Origin: Pirellula sp.
Lineage (GTDB): Bacteria > Planctomycetota > Planctomycetia > Pirellulales > Pirellulaceae
Assembly: GCA_046318795.1 (NCBI GenBank)
Contig: JBKCTT010000154.1
Span: 18,949-82,948, forward strand
Reading direction: 5' to 3'
DNA length: 64,000 nucleotides
The translations under genes and the position numbers were made by a program. The notes under the pieces were generated by a model. It saw only the letters and a program-made list of their open reading frames with translations. It did no database searches and was not told the DNA's origin. This document shows positions 38,144-47,094 of this stretch, piece after piece; position 1 is the first letter of the stretch, and the number at the start of each line of letters is the position of its first letter.

Positions 38144-38725
38144 ACGAATGGTTTTACTCCAACGCACGGCCGTCACGAGGATCTGCTGTCCTTTCGCAAA
38201 GCTCGCATTGTGTACGACTGTACTATTCGCTTCGGTGCACGCTTTCTCGATCAACGTGACCGCACCTTGGACCAGATGGTGCAGGCAGCGCGGTCAGGAA
38301 AACAAAACATCCTAGAAAGCTGCATGGCCTGTGCTACTTCCAAAGAAACAGAGATCAAACTGGTCAATGTGGCTCGAGCTAGCTTGGAAGAATTGTTAGA
38401 AGACTACCGCGATTTTCTATGAACTCGGGGGCATCCTCTTTGGGAAAAGGATTCCCGCAAAGCCTCGTTCGTTCGAAAACTGGGGGCAAAGAAAGATTTG
38501 CCCTTTGAGATCTATAGGACCTATATTGATACTCGTTCCGGCGACATTGTCACTAACGTTCTGGTCTGCCTGATTCATCAGTCTAACTACCTTCTCGACC
38601 AACAAATCCGAGCTTTGGAAAAGGCCTTTCTCGCCGAAGGTGGCTTGCGCGATCGCATGACCCGCGCCCGCTTGGAAGCCCGCCGCGAACAGCAAAAAAG
38701 GTCCGCAATAATCCACTCTTACTAG
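38144..38725 (+). pseudogene. Four-helix-bundle (suffix-domain type) protein with an in-frame TGA at 38420-38422
   Basis: 'DRTLDQMVQAARSGKQNILE..ARASLEELLEDYRDFL*TRGHPLWEKD..LIHQSNYLLDQQIRALEKAFLAEGGLRDRMTRAR'; both ORF pieces share a frame; RBS AGGAG precedes ACG rather than ATG. Confidence 0.8.
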
Positions 38726-38966
38726 ACTGCACGTTGGTTTTCGGTCCAGCAGGAGCTTTTTAAAAGCAAGTTAAATAAGCCTGGCTAATCTAGTCGTTTT
38801 TGGCCAGAATTTTTGGACTTTCACTAAAGGCGACTTACTTTTTTGAGCCCCAAGCTCGGCACGGCTCAAATGGTTCACAGCCCCGAACCTTTAGTTTGAG
38901 TCGCGGCAAGCCCTCAACCAGGCCGAGCTACATTCCATAAACCCTTTTGTAGAAGGCCCCCTTTCA

Positions 38967-39491
38967 ATGAAGATTCAGTCTCTTCTTCGTTCGGCTATTG
39001 CAGCCGCTCTCGTTTGTTCCCCTACTCTATTGATGGCTCAAACCGGCAATCAAGGCTTCACGGTTGTCGTGCCTCAAAGCCTTAGCATCACCGCTCCCAC
39101 GGCTGTTAGTCTGACTCACGATCAATCCGATAATCCTCAAGCGTTTCCCGATCAAGCGTGGGTGGTTCGCGGCAATGTTCGAAATGGCGTGACCGTCACG
39201 TTTGCAACCGCAGCTCCTTTCGTTCACTCAGAAGACAACACGTTCAAGCGAAACGCAAAGTTGGAGCTAGCTGTCGGGACCACCCAAGGTCCAGCGGCAT
39301 GGCAAATTGACACTGCCTCCGATACTACCGATTTTGCCGCCAACGACAACATTGCACAAGTCGGTGCATCCAGCAACGGTGTTGGCCGTGCGAATTTGAA
39401 TCTCAAGGTAACATTCGTCACAGAAGATTTCAGCTTATTTGCTGCTGGTAACTACGTCACTACCGTAACCGGTACCATAGCTGCTAAGTAA
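38967..39491 (+). CDS. Secreted pilin-like subunit (chaperone-usher/Csu-CS1-like Ig fold)
   Basis: Signal peptide (LMA-Q), N-terminal alternating strand QGFTVVVPQSLSI, C-terminal AGNYVTTVTGTI motif. Confidence 0.65.
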   Translation: MKIQSLLRSAIAAALVCSPTLLMAQTGNQGFTVVVPQSLSITAPTAVSLTHDQSDNPQAFPDQAWVVRGNVRNGVTVTFATAAPFVHSEDNTFKRNAKLELAVGTTQGPAAWQIDTASDTTDFAANDNIAQVGASSNGVGRANLNLKVTFVTEDFSLFAAGNYVTTVTGTIAAK

Positions 39492-39508
39492 TTGGCTTCA
39501 ATCGAAAA

Positions 39509-39553
39509 GCTAGCAAACAGAAAGTGCTATATTGCACTTTCTGTTTTGCTAGC
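39509..39553 (+). terminator. Strong hairpin between the pilin and secretin genes
   Basis: GCTAGCAAACAGAAAGTGC-TATATT-GCACTTTCTGTTTTGCTAGC (19-bp stem, one bulge). Confidence 0.75.
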
Positions 39554-39645
39554 GATGAGCGTGTTCTGCAGATGACCAAAAGCGATGTTGTTGCGGTTTA
39601 CCGCAATTTGTAAAAACCGCGTACGATCCCGCTTGTCACCGCATC

Positions 39646-41226
39646 TTGAATTCGCTTTCCATGCCTCGTAGCACCCAGAAATCTACTTTGTACTGCATCC
39701 ATGACTGGGCTAGGCATTGCCGACGGGTCACGTACGTAGTAGCTCTCGTATTGGTCTCAGGCGTTGGCTGTGTTTCACCGAAAAAGGTAGAGCGCAAAAC
39801 GATTGAACAGTTGTATAAAGAAGCAATTAAGGAGTCGATCGATCGCCCCCCTGTGATCCAACCAGCGACGATCAATTCGAGGTTGAGCGGAGAACCATCA
39901 CCTCCGTCTGGAAGTTATCTGGCTTCGGCAACAACCCCGTTTAATCCTGTGTCTTCACAAATATCGCAAGCGTCATGGCAAGTTGTCGACGCGGGTCGCG
40001 ATCCTTTGGATGAGCGGATATCGGAGATTTTCGAACAAACGGACATTCAAGAAGCTTTATCAATCTTATCCACCGCGGCCAAGCAATCGATCATAGTAGA
40101 TGATTCCGTTGGTGGAATAACGAGCGCTCAAATCGAAAACGACTCATTTGAGCAGGCACTTGAGAAAGTGCTGATGCCTTTAGGTCTGGTCTACGCCAAA
40201 CGTGGTGATAAGTACATTGTATCGACGGGAACACCTGATTCACCCTTGTTCTCACAGGTGGCTGATCGGTTTCAGTATCAGCCTCAGAATCACTCGGCTC
40301 AGTCACTTGTGGGTCTGCTACCTCCTCGATACAAACCTTATTATCAAGTTTCGAATGATCGAGACATGATTGTCATAGAGGCCCACTCCACAAAGGCTAA
40401 GGAGATCCTCGAACGTTTGGAGGAGTTGGATCAGCCCGTTCCACAAGTGGAATTAGAGGCGATCGTTTGCGTGACGTCTCCCGATAAAGGGTTCCGCTTT
40501 GGGCTCGATTGGGGGCATGTCGTCGGAGTTCAAGGCCTTGATAGTTTGAAAGCCGGCATGACTGGCTTATCCTTTAGTGGCACTGCTAGTCGCGAAGGAT
40601 TACGCGATACGTTTGCCGATTTTGCGGTGACCTCAGCGTTCGTTCGGCTGCTCGCTCAAGAGGGTTACATCACCATTCGAGCTGCACCGCGTGTCACCAC
40701 AAAGGATGGAGAAAAAGCGCAAATTTCTATAAGTCGCGAAACCTTTTTCAGTTTGCAACCCGCTAATAGTAATCTATTGTTCCGGCAAGATGTACAGAAA
40801 GTTGAGTCTGGTATATCGCTCGATATCATACCCAGAGTTTATGGTGATATGGTTTCTTGTCGTATCGCCAAAGCCGAGGTCAGCGAAGATATTCGAACTC
40901 AAGATTCACGTACAGAGTTAACAACCAATCCCTTCCCAATCATCAATCGTAGACAAGTTTCGACGGATGTTGTGGTAAGAGATGGGCACACTGTGGTCAT
41001 TGGAGGACTTGTCCAAAGGCAGACTGTGGATCGAGTCAACCGAATTCCTGGATTGAGTCGAATACCTTTGCTGGGAAAATTATTTCAGACAGTCGAGAAG
41101 CAAGAGCAAGATGCCGAGGTGGCGATTTTTATCTCACCACGGATCGTGCCCGCGGAATCACCTACAGTCAATACAAATTATCGGGCGCAGTCTTCGTCGC
41201 TGTTGCCTATCCCCATGAATCCCTAA
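39646..41226 (+). CDS. Outer-membrane secretin (GspD/PilQ family), probable lipoprotein
   Basis: Lipobox-like SGVG-C; N0/STN-like and N3-like domains; 'VVRDGHTVVIGGL', 'IPGLSRIPLLGKLF', 'AIFISPRIV'. Confidence 0.92.
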   Translation: MNSLSMPRSTQKSTLYCIHDWARHCRRVTYVVALVLVSGVGCVSPKKVERKTIEQLYKEAIKESIDRPPVIQPATINSRLSGEPSPPSGSYLASATTPFNPVSSQISQASWQVVDAGRDPLDERISEIFEQTDIQEALSILSTAAKQSIIVDDSVGGITSAQIENDSFEQALEKVLMPLGLVYAKRGDKYIVSTGTPDSPLFSQVADRFQYQPQNHSAQSLVGLLPPRYKPYYQVSNDRDMIVIEAHSTKAKEILERLEELDQPVPQVELEAIVCVTSPDKGFRFGLDWGHVVGVQGLDSLKAGMTGLSFSGTASREGLRDTFADFAVTSAFVRLLAQEGYITIRAAPRVTTKDGEKAQISISRETFFSLQPANSNLLFRQDVQKVESGISLDIIPRVYGDMVSCRIAKAEVSEDIRTQDSRTELTTNPFPIINRRQVSTDVVVRDGHTVVIGGLVQRQTVDRVNRIPGLSRIPLLGKLFQTVEKQEQDAEVAIFISPRIVPAESPTVNTNYRAQSSSLLPIPMNP

Positions 41227-41271
41227 CCACTCCACCCTATAATTCAGGACTTCAATAAGTTCGTACTCATT

Positions 41272-42939
41272 ATGGTCTATAAACCTGAGATTCGGCGCCA
41301 TAGTTTCGCTATTATCCTTTGCGTTTTGATTGCTTGTGTGGGGCTTGGTGCAAACGCGTTCGCACAACAAGATCCAAATAAAACGAAACAATCGGGAACT
41401 CCTGGCCAGATCTCGGTTGAGGAAACGTTTGCGCCCTCGTTTCAGATCGAGCCACTTTCCCATCGAATTTCCGGTAGAACTGGAGATGCACTCCCCTTTA
41501 CCTTTGATTTAAACGCGGAATTCGACGGCGAAATCGAGGTCATGCCAATGGGGTTGAGGCAAGAATTATCTGGGCAGATTCTTCATGACGTCGACGCAAA
41601 AACGGCAGACTTCGTTACGCTAATCACTCCAACCAAATTGCAACTTTCCGCAAACAAAGCTGCGACGATCGAGGGCTTTGTCAGATTACCAAAATCGGAT
41701 GCAAAGCATCACTCTGTCGGCATTCTGGTTCGAGATTTAGGACGCGATCCTGGACTAACGACCAAGCGTGCTGCCGACGGTTCTATTACAACTCAGGCAG
41801 CTGTGAAGTTTATGACGCAATACGTATTGCGACTTGATCTAGACTTGGAATCGGCTCGAGGCGAGGGTGCGCAACAGTTACGATTGGAACCACCTAGGTT
41901 GATATCCCAAGATGGACGCCCTCGGTTTCAATTGGTTCTTTCTAATCCAACCGATTCTACATTCGAGTTTGAGGCGCGAGCCAGAATTCGTTCTTCGCCA
42001 AGTGATCGTTCGAACAAGCCACTGCGTTTAGCACTCCCTATTCGATCCGATATTGAAGACGAGTCTCGATACATCTGCCGTATTCTACCGCAATCCAAAG
42101 TCAGACTGGAAGAGTTTCTCCCCGAGGCTATTGCAAGCGGAACTTATGAAGTCGATATAGAGATTCTGGTCGGTGACAAAGCTGTTGTGAAAAAGGAGTT
42201 TCCACTCCCTGTTGATGCGAGAGAGTTTCCGGCGCAAGAAGTCCTTATCGCACAGGTTGGTGAAGATGTTCAAGTGTCGCCCGCCCAAATCGAACTTTCC
42301 CAGATTCGAGGGGGAAATCGGAGGGTTACCGTCCTTTTGAAAAACAGTGGCCCTCACACAAAGTCGGTAAAGTTAGTTCCAAAATCTGAAAGCGGATTAG
42401 AGTTGGGGGAAATATCGGTCCAACCCGGGGAAGTGAGTTTGGCACCTGGTGCATCTCGCAAGATCTCGTTGACGCTAAAAGGACAACCTCAATCGTCTGA
42501 GAGTATTCGCTTTGGTTTTCTACATGTTGAATCGACCTCTACTAAATCGGCCGAGGTGGAACATAAGAAGCTACCGCTCGCGATGGTCTTGAAAAAGCTT
42601 CCGTCTTCAGAACTAGAAATCGCCCCTTTGGTTTGGGATGGCTCGGGAGAGAAGGTTGGTTTCCGTACCAAAATTTCGCATTCTAGTGTTGGTCATATCC
42701 CAATCGACGCTCGACTGTCTATTCTCTCTGAATCGGGCTATCGGGCTGCCGTACTCGGTGGGTTCGGAAAGTGGGCGATGCCGAATTCCACATTCCCCAT
42801 TTTCTTCCCCATTGAGAACCCATTAAGCCCGGGTGAATACACGTTACGTTGCGAAGTTAAGAGTCCTGACGGTCCACCAAGAACCTACGATCAAAAGATC
42901 ACTGTGACCGATCTAGATAACGCAAAAAGTGCAAGGTGA
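41272..42939 (+). CDS. Secreted tandem Ig-fold protein, PapD/DUF916-like pilus chaperone
   Basis: Signal peptide (AFA-Q); four beta-sandwich modules: 'FQIEP..TKLQLSANK..VRLP', 'LVLSNPT..ILPQS..SGTYEV', 'VSPAQIEL..LLKNSG..SLAPGASRKI', 'LSPGEYTL'. Confidence 0.6.
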   Translation: MVYKPEIRRHSFAIILCVLIACVGLGANAFAQQDPNKTKQSGTPGQISVEETFAPSFQIEPLSHRISGRTGDALPFTFDLNAEFDGEIEVMPMGLRQELSGQILHDVDAKTADFVTLITPTKLQLSANKAATIEGFVRLPKSDAKHHSVGILVRDLGRDPGLTTKRAADGSITTQAAVKFMTQYVLRLDLDLESARGEGAQQLRLEPPRLISQDGRPRFQLVLSNPTDSTFEFEARARIRSSPSDRSNKPLRLALPIRSDIEDESRYICRILPQSKVRLEEFLPEAIASGTYEVDIEILVGDKAVVKKEFPLPVDAREFPAQEVLIAQVGEDVQVSPAQIELSQIRGGNRRVTVLLKNSGPHTKSVKLVPKSESGLELGEISVQPGEVSLAPGASRKISLTLKGQPQSSESIRFGFLHVESTSTKSAEVEHKKLPLAMVLKKLPSSELEIAPLVWDGSGEKVGFRTKISHSSVGHIPIDARLSILSESGYRAAVLGGFGKWAMPNSTFPIFFPIENPLSPGEYTLRCEVKSPDGPPRTYDQKITVTDLDNAKSAR

Positions 42940-43032
42940 TCGCTTCTGTTTCTACTTTCCAGGTAGAGTTATAACCATTGTCGACCTAGGTGTGCTAAAA
43001 ACTTCCAAGATGGGGAGCGTTCGCTCTCATTT

Positions 43033-43950
43033 TCATGCACGGCGCTTCGCGTTTCGTCGCTTGAACCACCATATTGCAGCAGCACCTGCACTCAAGAGTA
43101 TTCCGCTCGCGGGCTCGGGAACCGCGGAAAATGACTCGACGGAAACTCGATAGTGTGAAAAATTTCCACTCCCATCTCCTACGGAACGGAATAGTAGAAA
43201 CTTATCTTCTTCCCAGGGGAGCAAGTGAGCGTTGGGGAAGCCAGGCTGCGAGCTTGTGGTCGATATGACTCCACCCTGTGCTTGGCCAGCCGGTCTTCCA
43301 ATCGCATCGTCAATTGTAAAATATTGTAAGCTGTCTCGGATGCCTACTGTGGCATCAATATTACCAGCAGAGAATCCTGCGAATCCGAATACAATGTCAT
43401 CCCTTCTGAATTGAAAATTAGACAGGACGGTGTCTGCCTCAAACCAGACCGTTTGAAAGCTTCGTGCAAATTGATTGGTAATAGTATCACCAGCCGAAAA
43501 GTCATTGAGCAGAAATACCTGTGACCAAGTTGCGGCAACGTATTGCCCCGGCTTGTTTGAGAAAAAGATTCCTTGTTGTGGCCCTGCTCCGTCTGCATCG
43601 GAAAGCACGTAGATGTCGTCCCAAAAACCTGCGATTCGAGGTGCCGAATTTGTTGCGAATGACTCGGAGAAGAAATCATTGCCGGATATATTACTCTGAC
43701 TCAAGTATCCGTTTTCAGCCAGCCAGATGCTCGAAACGTTTTGCCCAAAGAAACGGCCACCAAATCCGCTTAGATTGACCTCTACTGCACCATCTCCACT
43801 GATCGTTTGCTTGGTTCCAAGCTCATTTGTTCCAAGGATTAAGCCACCAAGAGTTCGTGAATTAAGTGCATTTAGAAGGATTGCAAGACCCGTTGCCAAT
43901 ACTACAAAGCCCCGGCGAAATGCTCCATGATATTTCCAAAGTTCCATCAT
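43033..43950 (-). CDS. PEP-CTERM sorting-signal surface protein with a nidogen-like domain
   Basis: C-terminal VPEPASGILLSAGAAAIWWFKRR; 'IWLAENGYLS', 'IAGFWDDI', 'ATWSQV', 'SFQTVWF'. Confidence 0.85.
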   Translation of the reverse strand: MMELWKYHGAFRRGFVVLATGLAILLNALNSRTLGGLILGTNELGTKQTISGDGAVEVNLSGFGGRFFGQNVSSIWLAENGYLSQSNISGNDFFSESFATNSAPRIAGFWDDIYVLSDADGAGPQQGIFFSNKPGQYVAATWSQVFLLNDFSAGDTITNQFARSFQTVWFEADTVLSNFQFRRDDIVFGFAGFSAGNIDATVGIRDSLQYFTIDDAIGRPAGQAQGGVISTTSSQPGFPNAHLLPWEEDKFLLFRSVGDGSGNFSHYRVSVESFSAVPEPASGILLSAGAAAIWWFKRRNAKRRA

Positions 43951-44244
43951 GCGTTAGATTCCCTTCTATTGAGCAGTCTCCAAAATTGATTCGCGCAAAT
44001 GGGCACGCGCGACGCTAGCACTGGGTGGTTATCCAATTCCTTTCAAAGCGGAAAAATTCGCCTGTAGAAATCCGTTAAGGCCGCGGCAATCATGCCTTGG
44101 CAGTAACGTATTCCTTGATGCAAGATAAACCCTAGATGTAGCTCTCGTTGCGGTAGATCATAGATAAATTAGACGGTCGATCAACTACACCAAAAAAAAT
44201 CTTGCGTAAATGGAGAGTGGATCTTTAGAACATTCGTAACGCTA

Positions 44245-44715
44245 TCATTTTCCCCAGTTCCAGATCGTGATGGTCCATTGCAGTACGCTGGCGATGGAGA
44301 CCCAAGCGAGGTAAGGGATTTGGGCGATCGCCAGCCATTTGGAATGAGACCATATAGCTGCCATGCTCCAGAGAATAGTTCCCCACACGATCACAATGTC
44401 GATCGATGCCAAGGGAAGATTTCTCATTCGGAACTGAATCGGTGTGAAGATTAGATTGGCAACTAAATTGATGATAAACGGTAAGGCGATCATCCAACTC
44501 AACTTATTGCGGATCGCTTGAACGATCACGTAGCCAAAGATAAGCAGAATCACGGGATAAAGAATCTGCCAAATGAGGCCGATCGTCCGAGGCTGTGGCG
44601 TCCAGCTGGGCTTTACGAGCGAGTTGTACCAATCGACCCATGGAATTTCCATTATGGTGGCTTCCTGTGATGAAGTGCGTTTAGCCGTGATTCGCGAAAC
44701 ACGGAATGACGTCAA
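44245..44715 (-). CDS. tspO: TspO/MBR family tryptophan-rich sensory protein
   Basis: WYNSLVKPSWTP, IWQILY, NLIFTPIQF, PYLAWVSIAS; likely start ATG 44654. Confidence 0.92.
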   Translation of the reverse strand: MTSFRVSRITAKRTSSQEATIMEIPWVDWYNSLVKPSWTPQPRTIGLIWQILYPVILLIFGYVIVQAIRNKLSWMIALPFIINLVANLIFTPIQFRMRNLPLASIDIVIVWGTILWSMAAIWSHSKWLAIAQIPYLAWVSIASVLQWTITIWNWGK

Positions 44716-44765
44716 CTTAATCTGCTATGGCTGCCTCTGTCGAGAGGAAACGAGATTCGGTGACT

Positions 44766-45140
44766 CTACCAGGACTCGCTGGTCTGATCTTTCAATTCTA
44801 GTTGGTAGACATCGCTCGGCAGCAGACTGCTTCCGATGCGGCAAATGAAATCGCTTGTTGGCGGCGAGTCAAAGAGCGATTTGATTTCTTCAGTCCTAAT
44901 GTCGGTACGAGGGATCATTCGAGCCAGTTGATCCGACATTTGGTGAATAGCTGTCTCGTCATCTTGATCGATCGAGATGTCTTTACGGAGCGAAACGATC
45001 AGTGAATCATCTACGGCAACAGGCAGTGGATCGCTGGACAGTATTGCCGATTGACTCAGAATGGTTTCGGATTGGCGGTTTTCGAGTTCGTCCGCTGTGC
45101 CTGGAAGGAATTTCTCAAGTGGTCCCAATTTAACATTCAA
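44766..45140 (-). CDS. Hypothetical protein (possibly a gene remnant)
   Basis: 124 aa ORF, no recognisable motif. Confidence 0.35.
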   Translation of the reverse strand: MNVKLGPLEKFLPGTADELENRQSETILSQSAILSSDPLPVAVDDSLIVSLRKDISIDQDDETAIHQMSDQLARMIPRTDIRTEEIKSLFDSPPTSDFICRIGSSLLPSDVYQLELKDQTSESW

Positions 45141-45374
45141 TATTTTAGCTAAAAAGTCGTATGCCGATGGTCGTTAACAACGAAGGATTTCGAGGTGGCC
45201 GTCAAGGAAGACGAAGCAAACCGAGTAATCCTGTCTTGAGAAAGTACGGATTTAAAAATTTTTTGTGAGGGTTAGTAATTGTCCATGGGCAAGAAATCGG
45301 TTTTTGCGCCAGGACTCGCTTTGTGTTATGCTTTTCTTGTCAGACTGGTGTTGTAGCAGAGGATCGTGTGACGA

Positions 45375-46298
45375 ATGACAGAATACGATGATCCTTGGAA
45401 GGAGGTTCTGGATGCCTATCTAAAGGGCTTCCTTGAACTTTGCTTGCCCGATATTCACAACGGGATTGATTGGAGCAGTCCGATCGAAAATCACGAACAA
45501 GAGTTGCCACACTTGTTTCCTAAAAGTGTGACTCCGGGTCGGGTTGCTGACAAACTTTTTCGAGCTCAATTCCGTGGCCATGCTTTGCCAACGTGGTTCT
45601 TGATTCACACGGAGGTTCAAGTCACCAGGCAGTCTGATTTCGCAGAAAGAATGTTCACCTGTTACTACCGTATTTTGGATCGCTTCCAAGAGCCCGTCGT
45701 ATGTATCGGAGTATTGGGCGACGACTCAAAGTCTTGGCGACCTAGTAGTTGGCAAGTTGATACGCTGGGCTGTAAGCTGCATTTTTCCTATCCGACTGTG
45801 AAGCTTCAGGATTTCGCGAATCAAATCGAAGAGCTCAAGGAATCGACGAATCCATTTGCGACTGTGATTGCGGCCCATTTGCGAGCTCAAGGTACCTCTA
45901 ACTCGCCAGACACCCGATTTCGCTTTAAGATTGAGTTGGCTCGTAGTCTTTATGAAAAGTTGTGGCCAGCGGATCAAGTGAGGAGTCTGTTTCGTTTTAT
46001 CGACTGGGTGATGGACTTGCCCGTCGATTTTGAGTTACAATTTAGATATGCGGTGCAGCAAATCGAAAAGGAGAAAAACATGCCATACGTAACTTCCATC
46101 GAGAGAATCGCCAAAGGTGAAGGAAAAGCCGAGGGGAAAGCGGAAGGTAAGGCGGAGGGAAAAGCGGAAGGTAAGATTCAACTTCTGCAGGAATTACTCG
46201 GTTTGAGAGTGATGACCGACGATGAGTTTGAGTCAATGAGCCCACAGCAGTTAGCGGAGTTGCTGGTATCGCTGCGTCAACAATTCGACGCGCGTTAG
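45375..46298 (+). CDS. Rpn/YhgA-like PD-(D/E)XK nuclease (putative transposase family)
   Basis: YDDPWKE, ADKLF, LIHTEVQ, FAERMF, NPFA; C-terminal EGKA x5 repeat (46119-46175) after MPYVTSIER. Confidence 0.85.
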   Translation: MTEYDDPWKEVLDAYLKGFLELCLPDIHNGIDWSSPIENHEQELPHLFPKSVTPGRVADKLFRAQFRGHALPTWFLIHTEVQVTRQSDFAERMFTCYYRILDRFQEPVVCIGVLGDDSKSWRPSSWQVDTLGCKLHFSYPTVKLQDFANQIEELKESTNPFATVIAAHLRAQGTSNSPDTRFRFKIELARSLYEKLWPADQVRSLFRFIDWVMDLPVDFELQFRYAVQQIEKEKNMPYVTSIERIAKGEGKAEGKAEGKAEGKAEGKIQLLQELLGLRVMTDDEFESMSPQQLAELLVSLRQQFDAR

Positions 46299-46363
46299 GA
46301 CAGTTTCAATTAGCCATCACGGCAAACAAGCCAATGTTTTTCCACTCAATCGTTCAAGCGTTT

Positions 46364-46803
46364 TTACTCCCAAAGCCCTGCAAGTTCTTCGCGCAGTCGT
46401 TTGAGCACTCGACCGCGAGCAAGATATACCGCGTTCACCGTGATGCCTAACTCAGACGCAATTTCTGAAGCAGGTCGCTCCAATACGACACTTTCCCAGC
46501 ATGCTCGCCAAGTTGTTTCTGCAAACGAGTCTCGCATCACTTGCAACGCTTGCCTGGCGACATAGGCTATGTAACCATGATCGGTAAGTAGCTGCAAAGA
46601 ATCTTCTGCTACCTTTTCAGCGATATTGACGGAACTGGCTTCTGGTGTTTGCGAATTAGGTCGCGGCATTTATCAATCGTCACGGTGCGTAGCCATTTGC
46701 AAAAGCTGCGTGGCCTTTCGGTGGCTGGCCACGAAGACCGATCCAACAACACCGCAAAAACATCCTGGCAGACATCGAACCTTAGATTGGATTCGATTCC
46801 CAT
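46364..46803 (-). pseudogene. Degraded ECF sigma factor (frameshifted, 5' truncated)
   Basis: Region 2 'DVCQDVF..SFCKWLRTVTIDKCRDLIRK' and region 4 'TTWRACW..ASEIASELGITVNAVYLARGRVLKRLREEL' lie in different frames. Confidence 0.8.
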
Positions 46804-47094
46804 TCGTTTGATCCAATTCGAACTTGTGAAGTCAAAAACAATAGACTGCAGATGAAACTAGCACAATTGATTGGCGTGCCAATTTCGTATCAGTGAGCCA
46901 TGAAAAGCACAATTCAGGAGATGGGGTGTGTCAGATCTGCTCGCCAAAACTCAAGTGAAATAGTGTTGTAGTTTTGTAAGCGTGTAGCTTAGGTGTGGTA
47001 CGATAGACATGGCTGGCGTCATAATCGTTGCTTTGGAAAGCAGACTCGTGTGAGCAAGCCTGCCTTGTAATGGGTCTCCTTTAAAGTACTTACA

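Noticed and set aside
38420-38460. Selenocysteine with bacterial SECIS
   Set aside because: The position appears to be Arg in the family (from memory), CGA to TGA is a common transition, and the start codon also looks degraded
38730-38966. Riboswitch (e.g. c-di-GMP) or sigma-54 promoter upstream of the pilin
   Set aside because: A TTTGAGCC/GGCTCAAA inverted repeat and a CGGCACG are present, but there is no riboswitch consensus and no -12 TGC at the right spacing
44766-45140. LON substrate-binding domain fragment
   Set aside because: Resemblance too weak to support without a profile search
46119-46175. 12-bp tandem repeat as a contingency locus
   Set aside because: It is the usual EGKA coding repeat of Rpn-family C-termini, with synonymous variation between units
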